DNA from: Pseudomonadota bacterium | GTDB taxonomy: Bacteria; Myxococcota; JACRCW01; JAFGSX01 | NCBI GenBank assembly: GCA_043821645.1 | Contig: JBDRCO010000072.1 | Location: 79,962-143,961, forward strand | Reading direction: 5' to 3' | Length of the DNA stretch: 64,000 bases | The notes under the pieces: model-generated | What the model saw: the letters and a program-made list of their open reading frames with translations, nothing else | Told to the model about the DNA's origin: nothing | Databases searched by the model: none | Shown: piece by piece, positions 9,916-18,362 of the stretch | Layout: each line of letters starts with the position of its first letter | Numbering within the stretch: the first letter of the stretch is position 1 | Translations under genes and position numbers: made by a program

Positions 9916-11295
9916 ATGACGACGAGAAAAACGCAACACCCGGCCGTCTCCCGTAGCTTACCTCGACGTCGATCGCGGTTGCGGGGCACTGCCGTCCTCG
10001 CCCTGGTCGCGCTGACCGCATGCCCCGAACTTCCGGACGTGTTGCCGCTCCTCGATGGTGGCGCGGTAGAGGCTGGCGCCGGTGATGGGCGCATCGCCGA
10101 CCGGACGGGGGCAGATTTCGGCCACTTTGACGCAGCCGGCAACGACGCCTCCTGCGGCCCGAACACGCCGCTGTACGGAGATCCCTGCGGCGACTGTGGG
10201 ATGTACCTGTGCGATCTGACCGGCGCCCTGGTGTGCATCGATCCCGGGCGCAATGCCTGCAACGTCTGCGGCGAGCTCGACGAGAGTGCCGGCCGCCTCG
10301 GTCATCCCTGTGGCAGCTGTGGCCAGGTGCAATGCACCGCGGATGGCCTGGCGACCCACTGCGTGGGCGAACACACCCCCAACGCCTGTGGCGGCTGTGA
10401 GCCCATCAACCCCGTCGACGCCGGCTCCCCTGACGCGCACCTCAAAGGACCGCCGGGCGCGAGCTGCTCGTCGTGTGGCAGCGGGACCTGGCGCTGCACG
10501 GCGGACCTCAACGACCTGGCCTGCCACCGTGGTCGGGGTCTCACGGCCTGCGGCAGCTGTGAACGCTGCGTGCTCTACCACGCCACCATGGACCAGCGCT
10601 TCGGCGGCGCCTACCTCAAGGCGGGAACGCTGGCCCTGGTCGAGGACACCGGCACCGATGTCGACGTCGGCAGCAGCGAGGTGGCGGGTACCAGCCGCTC
10701 CCTGGTCTTCGATCCCCTCATCGCAGGACCGGGCGCCAGCGGACTGGCCCTGGCGTACGTTATGCTGTCCCCGACGGCCGATCCTGACGACTTCAACGCC
10801 ATGCTGATGTTCCCCGAATTCTCGGCTAGCGGCGACGGGATCCAGTCCGACGACCTGCGGCGCTACATCGTGTACAGCTGGATGTCCCTCGACGAGTACC
10901 GCTACGTGCTCATCTACGACTACTTTTTAGAGACCCTGATCTCGGTGGGAGAGCTGGTGCCCGGGCCACCCCTCGCTGCCGGTGTCGACGGAGGCCTGGA
11001 AGACGCGACCCTGACCGATGGCGCGAGGCAGGACGGCCCCATCGCGGAGGGCGGTGCTGGTACCGACGCCGGCGCGGGAGACGCGGCCCATTCCGACGGC
11101 ACTCTCGTCGACACCCGCGTCCCCGACGGCGCAATCTCCGACGGCGGACACGACACGTCACCCGACAGCAGCGCGGCTCTTGACGGCGGGCTTCCCGATC
11201 AGAACGCCGTCGACACGACGGTCGAGGATGTGAACACGACGGACGCCCGGACCGAAGACCTGGTGCTCGAGGACGTCCCCACCGACGCCAACTGA
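9916..11295 (+). CDS. Cys-rich lipoprotein with acidic Asp/Gly/Thr-rich C-terminal tail
   Basis: Lipobox-like LALVALTAC; about 24 Cys in CGxC/CxxC arrangements within first 230 aa; no enzymatic motif seen. Confidence 0.5.
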   Translation: MTTRKTQHPAVSRSLPRRRSRLRGTAVLALVALTACPELPDVLPLLDGGAVEAGAGDGRIADRTGADFGHFDAAGNDASCGPNTPLYGDPCGDCGMYLCDLTGALVCIDPGRNACNVCGELDESAGRLGHPCGSCGQVQCTADGLATHCVGEHTPNACGGCEPINPVDAGSPDAHLKGPPGASCSSCGSGTWRCTADLNDLACHRGRGLTACGSCERCVLYHATMDQRFGGAYLKAGTLALVEDTGTDVDVGSSEVAGTSRSLVFDPLIAGPGASGLALAYVMLSPTADPDDFNAMLMFPEFSASGDGIQSDDLRRYIVYSWMSLDEYRYVLIYDYFLETLISVGELVPGPPLAAGVDGGLEDATLTDGARQDGPIAEGGAGTDAGAGDAAHSDGTLVDTRVPDGAISDGGHDTSPDSSAALDGGLPDQNAVDTTVEDVNTTDARTEDLVLEDVPTDAN

Positions 11296-11372
11296 CCGCC
11301 TCCCGACCTCAGCGGAAGCGTCACGGGACGCCACCGGTCGTGGGGACGTCGAGCCTCGACGTTTTGCGAACC

Positions 11373-11945
11373 TTAGCGGGAACAACGCGGATACAGCGAA
11401 CTCTCCTGCAGCGCCTGGGTACAGACCTCCAGAGTGTGAGGCGCAAGTGCATCCAGCTGCAAACGCAGCGCCTGCTCGCACGAGGACTGGCCCAGGCAGA
11501 GCCGACCACCGTCAGCCACGGGCCCGCAGGTCCTGTCAACCAGGATGTCGCAGGTGTTGACGGCGTGGCAGTCGGGGTAACGCGCCGTGTCCTGCAGCGC
11601 GTTCCCGCAGCGCTCCAGGCCGTCCTCGAATTCCGTCATCAGCGTCACCGCGGCGCAGGCCGGAGAATCCTGGCAGGCGTGATCCGCGCCGCAGACCCGG
11701 CTCATGAGGTCCGCGCAGGCTCCGCTGGTCAACCGGCCCAGGTAGTCCGTGCAGCGTGCTGGCCAGTCCAGGGTGTCGACCACACCAGCGTCGAGGGCGG
11801 CACCAAGGTACTGATCCCAGCACTCCTGGGCCGACAGATTGTCAGCACTCAGATCGGTGGGCGCCCTGTCCTCTGCAGAACACTGCATGGCCGTCGAGCT
11901 GACCACGGCAAAACAGACAAGGAACACCGGCTTCAAGGTCGACAT
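11373..11945 (-). CDS. Cys-rich secreted protein (tandem paralog A)
   Basis: Track ORF 11373..12308; start taken at MSTLKPVFLVCFAVVSSTAMQC; repeated C...YPxC motifs (ARYPDCHAVN, SLYPRCSR). Upstream 121 codons overlap the neighbouring paralog out of frame. Confidence 0.45.
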   Translation of the reverse strand: MSTLKPVFLVCFAVVSSTAMQCSAEDRAPTDLSADNLSAQECWDQYLGAALDAGVVDTLDWPARCTDYLGRLTSGACADLMSRVCGADHACQDSPACAAVTLMTEFEDGLERCGNALQDTARYPDCHAVNTCDILVDRTCGPVADGGRLCLGQSSCEQALRLQLDALAPHTLEVCTQALQESSLYPRCSR

Positions 11946-12460
11946 GGGGGATACAGCGCCTTCTCGTTGAGGGCCGACACACACCGCTCCTGGCGCTCGA
12001 ACTCCTGCGCGCCAGTCTGCACATCGGACATGCCAGCGTCGGCCAGTGTGACGAGGGCGCCGACCAGGAGGTTGGCGTTGATGCAGGCGGGCGTCGCGTG
12101 GCAGGTGCGCGTACCCGTGGCAGGGTCCGGGCTCCCGCACACCACCTGCACGAGCTCCGCGCAGGAGTCCCCATCGAGCACCACACCCCCCAGGTCGCGG
12201 CACACGGGATAGCGCGAGACATCCTGCAAAGCCTGCTGACAGCGCTCGCCGCTGCGGTCTTGCTGCACCAGATAGCGCGCAGCCTCGCACGACAGCTCGT
12301 GTTCGCATTGCATGGCCGGACCACAGGTCGTGCTCAGGAGCACGGCACAGGCTTCCTCGGCCGGCACCAGACCCGCATCATCACCCAGGTTCTCCGGCAG
12401 CACGCAGGCCCCGAAGATGAGGCCGCCATAGACACCGAGCAGCAGGACCACGGTCTTCAT
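11933..12460 (-). CDS. Cys-rich lipoprotein (tandem paralog B)
   Basis: Start at MKTVVLLLGVYGGLIFGACV (lipobox); same C...YPxC motif set (SRYPVCRDLGG, ALYPPCRP) as 11373..11945. Confidence 0.45.
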   Translation of the reverse strand: MKTVVLLLGVYGGLIFGACVLPENLGDDAGLVPAEEACAVLLSTTCGPAMQCEHELSCEAARYLVQQDRSGERCQQALQDVSRYPVCRDLGGVVLDGDSCAELVQVVCGSPDPATGTRTCHATPACINANLLVGALVTLADAGMSDVQTGAQEFERQERCVSALNEKALYPPCRP

Positions 12461-12526
12461 GAGTGTGTAGTATACTCCATATCGGTCGCCACACACCGTG
12501 CGACCCCTGATTGCTGGTGCTGTCTG

Positions 12527-13396
12527 ATGAGATCATCCCTGGCCCTGCTCGCGCTCTATCTCCTGATCTCGCCGCACCCGGTGCGCGCGCAGGCCGAGTC
12601 CCGACCCCGCCAGAAGGTCGCGGTGTTCGATCTGCGCACCACCGGTCTCGACGACGGAGCCCGCGGATCCCTGATGGCCGTGTTGACCAAGGCCGTGGCG
12701 GCGGCCCCCTGGCTCGATGTGGTGAGCCGCGACGAGATCGCCACCATGCTCGACGCCGAGGCCCAGAAGCAACTGGTGGGCTGTGACGATACCGGCTGCC
12801 TGGCTGAGATCGCGGGAGCCCTCGACGTGGACATGCTGGTGGCAGGGAGCGTGACCCGGCTCGGCGAGTCGCTGGTGGTGACCCTGCAGCTCATCAACCA
12901 GCGCTTTGCCAATGTCATGAACCGGGTGGCTGTGACCTGGAATGGCCCGCACGATCGTCTGCCCGAGGTCCTGGAAGCCGCTGTGCAGTTGCTGATCCTG
13001 GAACCCGCAGACCGGGTGCCGGTGCGGGTTCAGGTGATCGAGGCGCCGGCGGAGACCGAGGTGTTCGTCGACGAGCACGAGAAGGGCCTGGTGGATGCCC
13101 AGGGTCAGCTCGAGGTGGTGGACGTGGCCGTGGGTCTGCACACGCTGCGCCTGACCGCGCCTGGTCACCAGATGCGCGAGATCCCCTTCGTCGCGCGCGT
13201 CGGCAAGAACATCCGCGTCAACGGAGCCCTGGAGCCGCTGCCCTTCTACGCCACCTGGTGGTTCTGGACCGGCGCGGCGGTGCTCGGTGGTGGCGCCATT
13301 CTGGCAGGTGCGGTGGCGACGGTGCTGGTGCTGTCGGATAACACCGGATCGGTGCGCATCGAAGCCAACCCCAACACGGCACAGGAGGTCCCATGA
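12527..13396 (+). CDS. Secreted protein with PEGA-like domain and C-terminal membrane anchor
   Basis: Track ORF 12098..13396; start at MRSSLALLALYLLISPHPVRAQA (ATG 12527); central VRVQVIEAPAETEVFVDEHEKG...HTLRLTAPGHQ resembles PEGA beta-sandwich; C-terminal helix WWFWTGAAVLGGGAILAGAVATVLVL. Confidence 0.5.
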   Translation: MRSSLALLALYLLISPHPVRAQAESRPRQKVAVFDLRTTGLDDGARGSLMAVLTKAVAAAPWLDVVSRDEIATMLDAEAQKQLVGCDDTGCLAEIAGALDVDMLVAGSVTRLGESLVVTLQLINQRFANVMNRVAVTWNGPHDRLPEVLEAAVQLLILEPADRVPVRVQVIEAPAETEVFVDEHEKGLVDAQGQLEVVDVAVGLHTLRLTAPGHQMREIPFVARVGKNIRVNGALEPLPFYATWWFWTGAAVLGGGAILAGAVATVLVLSDNTGSVRIEANPNTAQEVP

Positions 13397-14619
13397 TGCG
13401 GGGCGCGACCTGGCTGTTCGCACTCCTCGTGGTCGCCGCCACCAGCTGCGCCGGGGGAGGCCACGAGATCGCCCTGGGGCGACCGCAAACCCTGCGCGGC
13501 CTCGAGGGCGTCCCCCTGAGCGCGACCGCCGAGGTGTACCGCGAGGCCCAGGGATGCACGGGCAAGACCGTCACCACCGAGACCCTGGACGCGCAAGGTG
13601 ATCGCTTCGTGGGGACCCTGCACCTGCGCCCCGGCGCATATTTTTTCTGTGTGCGTTTTCGCTCCGGGGACACCGAGCTGGGTCTGTACCAGGACCTGGC
13701 TCTCGAGGTGACGCTGGGGGCCGACGACACCCTCAAGCTCCTCGATACCCATTTCCATTATCGCGACCTGGACGACGATCAGGATGGCATCGCCAACCTG
13801 GATGAGGTGCGCTTCAATTTCGATCTCAACACTCCGGACACGGACAGCAGCACCCGGGTCGACCTGCCGGCGCAGCCAAGCTTCGAGCTCGGTGCCTCGG
13901 ACAGTGCCGCAACCGTCGTCGAGATCCCGGCTCACAACATCGCGATACCCGCCTTCGCCATCGACAGGCTCGAGGTGAGCGTCGAGCGCTACCGCCTGTG
14001 TGTGGTGCGCAACCAGGATCCGTGCGCGCCGCCGCGCGGCATGGATCTGTTCGAGTTCATGAACCTCAACGCGACCGCCCGCCAGCTCCCGGCCACCGGC
14101 GTCGCGCTGGAGGATGCCAGACGTTTCTGCCAGGACGTGGCAGGGGGCGACCTGCCCCTGGAGCAGCAGTGGGAATATGCGGCACGGCCCGATGGCACGG
14201 TCTACCCGTGGGGCGACCAGCCCCCCGACGCTGGGCAGGCGCGCTGCGACTGGATCAACGCCCGCTGGCCGGCGGGTCCGTCCTCGTACCCGTGCTTCGG
14301 GGACAGTACGCCGGAACTGGTACCGGTCGCCCACTTTGACCTGACCGGAGATCTTCGCGGCTGCAGCCGACGCCCGGGCTCTTCGGCGCCGGACGGCCCC
14401 TGCCAGATGGCCGGCAACGCCTGGGAGTGGACGCGCAGTGACTTCGTGCCCTACGATGGTCCGGCCTGGCCTTCGCCGGGTGCGCTGACCGTCGTCCGCG
14501 GTGGCAGTGCGGACTCCCTCGACCACTCTCTCCGCTCGACCTTCCGCGTGGGGGTGGCCCCGGACCTGAGTGGCAGCGAGGCCTTGGCACCCCTGATCGG
14601 GTTCCGCTGCGTGTACTGA
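13393..14619 (+). CDS. FGE-sulfatase (formylglycine-generating-enzyme-like) domain lipoprotein
   Basis: Signal/lipobox LFALLVVAATSCAG; C-terminal half carries RFCQDVAGG...GNAWEWTRSDF...RGGS motifs typical of the FGE-sulfatase fold; start overlaps previous stop (ATGA). Confidence 0.55.
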   Translation: MMRGATWLFALLVVAATSCAGGGHEIALGRPQTLRGLEGVPLSATAEVYREAQGCTGKTVTTETLDAQGDRFVGTLHLRPGAYFFCVRFRSGDTELGLYQDLALEVTLGADDTLKLLDTHFHYRDLDDDQDGIANLDEVRFNFDLNTPDTDSSTRVDLPAQPSFELGASDSAATVVEIPAHNIAIPAFAIDRLEVSVERYRLCVVRNQDPCAPPRGMDLFEFMNLNATARQLPATGVALEDARRFCQDVAGGDLPLEQQWEYAARPDGTVYPWGDQPPDAGQARCDWINARWPAGPSSYPCFGDSTPELVPVAHFDLTGDLRGCSRRPGSSAPDGPCQMAGNAWEWTRSDFVPYDGPAWPSPGALTVVRGGSADSLDHSLRSTFRVGVAPDLSGSEALAPLIGFRCVY

Positions 14620-14631
14620 CGACACAACACG

Positions 14632-16512
14632 ATGCGCATCCAGACACGCCTGCTCCTGATCCTGCTCGTCGTGGCGCTCGTGCCCGTGACCGTGAGCGGT
14701 GTGACGGCCGTGATGCTGAGCCGGCGCGTGCTCACGCGGCAGATCCAGCAGGTGCAGGTCACCGAGGCGAGGACCCTGGCCGAGAACGTCGACAGCTACA
14801 TCGGAGAGGCACTGCGCGAGTTGCGCCTGGTCGCCGACATCACACCCTTCGCCACCCTGTCCGGCGAAGAACAGCGAGGTGCCCTGGGCCTGGTCTACCG
14901 CCTGCACGATGGATTCAACGTGGCCGGGCTGGTGGACAGTGCCGGCGAGGGCGTGGGACCCCCCGTCTTCACCACGGACAAGGCCAGCGACCCCAGCACC
15001 GCGCGCCACCACCCGGTCAACGAGGCCGAGCTGGTCCGTTTTGCCTCCAACATTCCGCTGCAAGCGGCGCTCACCGCCGGCGCCGCGGTGGGCCCGGTCT
15101 ACGTGTCGACCGAGAAGGGCTTGCCCCTGCTGGTGCTTGCCGTGCTGGTTCCGGGGCGGGTTCAGGATCGCGAGATCGTTCTCGCGGTGGAGCTGGCCCT
15201 GGATCCCGTGCTCAAGCGCGTGCAGGAGACGGCGTCGCAGGTCGGTGCCACGGCCTACATCGTGGACAGCCGCGGCCGCGTGGTGGCTCACAGCCTGCCC
15301 GAGGTTGCCCTCGCGCGCAGCGACTTCAGCGAGCGAAAGCCGGTCCAGGCCATCACGGGCAGCGCGCTCGATAGCCACGGCATGGTCCGCTACCGGGCCG
15401 GCGACACCCGGCTCGCCTCGGCCTTTGCCAGGCTCGGACGCTTGCCCTGGGGTGCCGTGGTCGAGCGGCCCGAACAGGAGGCCTTCGCCCCTGCCAACCA
15501 GATCGCCAAGCAAACCATCTTCTGGATCGCCGTCGCCCTCATCTGCGCCATCGCCGCAGGCCTGGTACTGTCGCGGAGCATTGGCGACCCCCTGCATGCA
15601 CTGACGCGGGTCGCCGAGTCCCTGGGGCAAGGCGACCTCGACGTGAGGGCCCGCGTCTCCGGCCGCGACGAGCTGTCGCAGTTGGCCTCCTCCTTCAACC
15701 AGATGGCCGACGCCATTGCCCGGCGTGACGAGGAGCTGCACGCCTTTGCCGACGACCTGCAAAAGCGTGTGGAGGAGCGAACCCGCGAACTCAAGCTGGC
15801 TCAGGACCAGCTGCTGCAATCCGAGAAGCTGGCTGCGGTGGGCGAGCTGGGCGCGGGCGTGGCACACGAGATCAACAACCCGCTGGCCGGTGTCCTGGGC
15901 TCTGCCCAGCTGTTGCTGCTGCGCACGGAGCCCGACCATCCGTCCCGCGAGCACCTGGGCAACATCGAATCCGAAGCTTTGCGGATCCGCGAGATCGTGC
16001 AGAACTTGCTACAACTGGCCCAGAGCAAGGAGAAGGCGGCGGGGACCTTGATCGACGTCAACCGGGTGGTCGAGGCCGCCCTGAGCCTAGTGGCCAGACC
16101 CATCATCGCCCAGCGCATCCGCGTGCACAAAGACCTGACCTCGGGATTGCCCAAGATCCGGGCCTCGGCCTCGGATCTGCAGCAGCTCTTCATGCACCTG
16201 CTGTCCAATGCCAAGAACGCCATGCCCGACGGCGGCGAGCTGCGTATCGCCTCGAGTGCCATCGAGAACAGGCTGGTCAAGGTCACCATCGCAGACACCG
16301 GCATCGGCATTCGCCAGGAGGACCTGGACAAGATCTTCGAGCCCTTCTTCACACGCAAGGAGGACTGGGACGGCAAGGGTCTTGGCCTGTCCGTCGTCCA
16401 CCGCACCGTCGAGCAGACAGGTGGCCGCGTGACCGTCGAGAGCGAGCGCGGTCATGGAGCCTGCTTCACGCTGGTCTTCCCCATGGCCCGCGACGGCCTG
16501 CACCTGGCCTGA
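14632..16512 (+). CDS. Sensor histidine kinase with periplasmic sensor and HAMP domain
   Basis: N-terminal TM, second TM IFWIAVALICAIAAGLVL, HAMP-like linker, H-box AGVAHEINNPLAGV, N/G boxes (LLSNAKNAM, DTGIGI, GKGLGLSVV). Confidence 0.7.
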   Translation: MRIQTRLLLILLVVALVPVTVSGVTAVMLSRRVLTRQIQQVQVTEARTLAENVDSYIGEALRELRLVADITPFATLSGEEQRGALGLVYRLHDGFNVAGLVDSAGEGVGPPVFTTDKASDPSTARHHPVNEAELVRFASNIPLQAALTAGAAVGPVYVSTEKGLPLLVLAVLVPGRVQDREIVLAVELALDPVLKRVQETASQVGATAYIVDSRGRVVAHSLPEVALARSDFSERKPVQAITGSALDSHGMVRYRAGDTRLASAFARLGRLPWGAVVERPEQEAFAPANQIAKQTIFWIAVALICAIAAGLVLSRSIGDPLHALTRVAESLGQGDLDVRARVSGRDELSQLASSFNQMADAIARRDEELHAFADDLQKRVEERTRELKLAQDQLLQSEKLAAVGELGAGVAHEINNPLAGVLGSAQLLLLRTEPDHPSREHLGNIESEALRIREIVQNLLQLAQSKEKAAGTLIDVNRVVEAALSLVARPIIAQRIRVHKDLTSGLPKIRASASDLQQLFMHLLSNAKNAMPDGGELRIASSAIENRLVKVTIADTGIGIRQEDLDKIFEPFFTRKEDWDGKGLGLSVVHRTVEQTGGRVTVESERGHGACFTLVFPMARDGLHLA

Positions 16513-16557
16513 GGGGCCGCGGGCTGGTAGTCTCTGGGTGAGGGAGAGAATGCATCC

Positions 16558-17304
16558 GTGAACCGGCCGACCATGCTCATCGTCGACGACGAGGCCACCC
16601 TGCGGACCGTGCTGGGTGCCATGTACACCGACGCTGGCTTCGAGGTCCGCACCTGCGGCAGCGCGGAAGAAGCCCTGGTGGACCTGGCCGCGAAGCCCTG
16701 CGACGTGCTGGTGGTGGACAAGAACCTTCCCGCGATGAACGGCATTGATCTGGCGCGCCAGGTGCTCGGCCTGGGCGCGGCCCAGCATGCGGTGATGATC
16801 ACAGGCTACCCCTCGACGACCTCGCTCATCGAGGCCATCAATGTTGGCATCCGCGGCTACCTCATGAAGCCCTTTCGAACCCTCGACGACGCGATCAAAG
16901 AAGCGCACTTCGTGGTGGACAATCCGCCCCGGCGAACGCGCCTGGGGCCGGTGGCCCTGCGCGCACACCTCGATGCAAGCAGCCCTCTGGATCCAGCGCC
17001 GAGCGCGGTGGTGGTGGTCAGCGACGTCAAAGTGCGCGACCAGTTCACGCGGCACCTGGGTGGGCCCATCCGCACCTTCGGGTCGGTGGAGTTCGGGTTG
17101 GCCGCACTCTACGATCGACCGCCCGACGTCGTCGCGGCGGACAGCGTCGTCGATCTGCTGCGAATGATCGAACGTGCTCCCGCGGCCTGTGGGTGTTACG
17201 TGGGCGCGTCGCCTGGCTTCGAGGACGCCCTGCGCTTGATGCGTGCTGGTCCCATGCTCGTGGCCGAGCCCGAGCAGCTCCGCGAGGGGAAACGGGGCAC
17301 ATGA
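16558..17304 (+). CDS. Response regulator, receiver domain plus degenerate C-terminal half
   Basis: MLIVDDE acidic pocket, phospho-acceptor-like D in VLVVDKNLP, conserved K in YLMKP; C-terminal 120 aa resemble a second receiver without the acidic residues. Confidence 0.6.
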   Translation: MNRPTMLIVDDEATLRTVLGAMYTDAGFEVRTCGSAEEALVDLAAKPCDVLVVDKNLPAMNGIDLARQVLGLGAAQHAVMITGYPSTTSLIEAINVGIRGYLMKPFRTLDDAIKEAHFVVDNPPRRTRLGPVALRAHLDASSPLDPAPSAVVVVSDVKVRDQFTRHLGGPIRTFGSVEFGLAALYDRPPDVVAADSVVDLLRMIERAPAACGCYVGASPGFEDALRLMRAGPMLVAEPEQLREGKRGT

Positions 17305-18287
17305 AGCGAAGCGTGCAGCTGGTGATCGTGCTGGTGCTCATCCTGGGCGGTGCGGCACTGCTGTACAGGCAGCTCTTTCCAGATGGCGGGGGCTCCCAGG
17401 TCTCGGCCACAGACGCGGCAACCCGGGTCCTTCCGAAGCTGGATGCAGCACAGGGCCCCGACGAGGACGCGGGTCGCGAGGATGGAGCCACGGCCACCGC
17501 GACGCGTGCCGAGATCATGGACCTCCGGGGGGTCGCGCAGCGCCGTCTGCCCGGGGGGCGCTGGGCAGACATCACCCAGGGCGACGCCCTCTCGCTCGAT
17601 GACACCATTCGAACCCTCGGCGGTGGCAGCGCCCTGGTGCAACTGGGCAACGCGGTCCAGGTTCGGCTGACGCCACACACCGAGGTCACCATCCGCGAGC
17701 TGACAGAGCGCACCTCGCGCGTCCGCATCGAAGAAGGCCGCATCGTGGCAGAGGTCAACCCGCAGGGGCGCACCGTGCTGCGTGTCGAGGCCAAGGGTTC
17801 CCGGGCCGTGGCTGAGGCCTCCGCGGGCAGCTTCTCGATGATCAGCGACGGCCGTGGCCAGGTGGCGGTCGCCACCAGTGCCGGATCGGTCAAGCTGGTT
17901 GCGGCCGGCGAGAGCGTGGACATCAGCGCCGGACAGGTGGCCCGGGTCAGTGGCGATGCAGCCCCCACGGCTCCGGCGGCCATTCCGACCTCGCTGTACC
18001 TCAAGGTCGCGGCCCCCTTGCGTGCGATCCAGCGCGAGAAAGAGACCGTGGTCCAGGGCACCGCAACACCCGGGGCACTGGTGCGCGCGGGCGAGCAGGT
18101 GGCCATGGCCGACGAGCGGGGGGCCTTCCGACTGCGCGTACCCCTGCGCGAGGGCAAGAACGACGTGCAGATCCGCGTCACCGATGTCGAGGGCCGGGAG
18201 CGCACTCAAAAGATGCCGGCGATCACCGTCGATACCCGCGAGCCCACGATCCAGAACCCCCAGGTGCAGTGGGGCGAGGACCCCTGA
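17301..18287 (+). CDS. FecR-domain protein (membrane-anchored)
   Basis: Track ORF 17193..18287; start at MKRSVQLVIVLVLILGGAALLY overlapping upstream stop; FecR-like beta-rich core (ALSLDDTIRTLGGGSALVQLGNAVQVRLTPHTEVTI). Confidence 0.5.
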   Translation: MKRSVQLVIVLVLILGGAALLYRQLFPDGGGSQVSATDAATRVLPKLDAAQGPDEDAGREDGATATATRAEIMDLRGVAQRRLPGGRWADITQGDALSLDDTIRTLGGGSALVQLGNAVQVRLTPHTEVTIRELTERTSRVRIEEGRIVAEVNPQGRTVLRVEAKGSRAVAEASAGSFSMISDGRGQVAVATSAGSVKLVAAGESVDISAGQVARVSGDAAPTAPAAIPTSLYLKVAAPLRAIQREKETVVQGTATPGALVRAGEQVAMADERGAFRLRVPLREGKNDVQIRVTDVEGRERTQKMPAITVDTREPTIQNPQVQWGEDP

Positions 18288-18362
18288 GCTCGGCCTCGCC
18301 CCGCCACCCAAACCCATGGTCCTTGCACGGCCACAAAGTGGCATGGTGGTGCCATCGCCGCT

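Noticed and set aside
13246-15954. 902-aa minus-strand ORF, longest in the region
   Set aside because: Runs antisense across the FGE-sulfatase and histidine-kinase genes, both of which carry diagnostic motifs; its translation has none.
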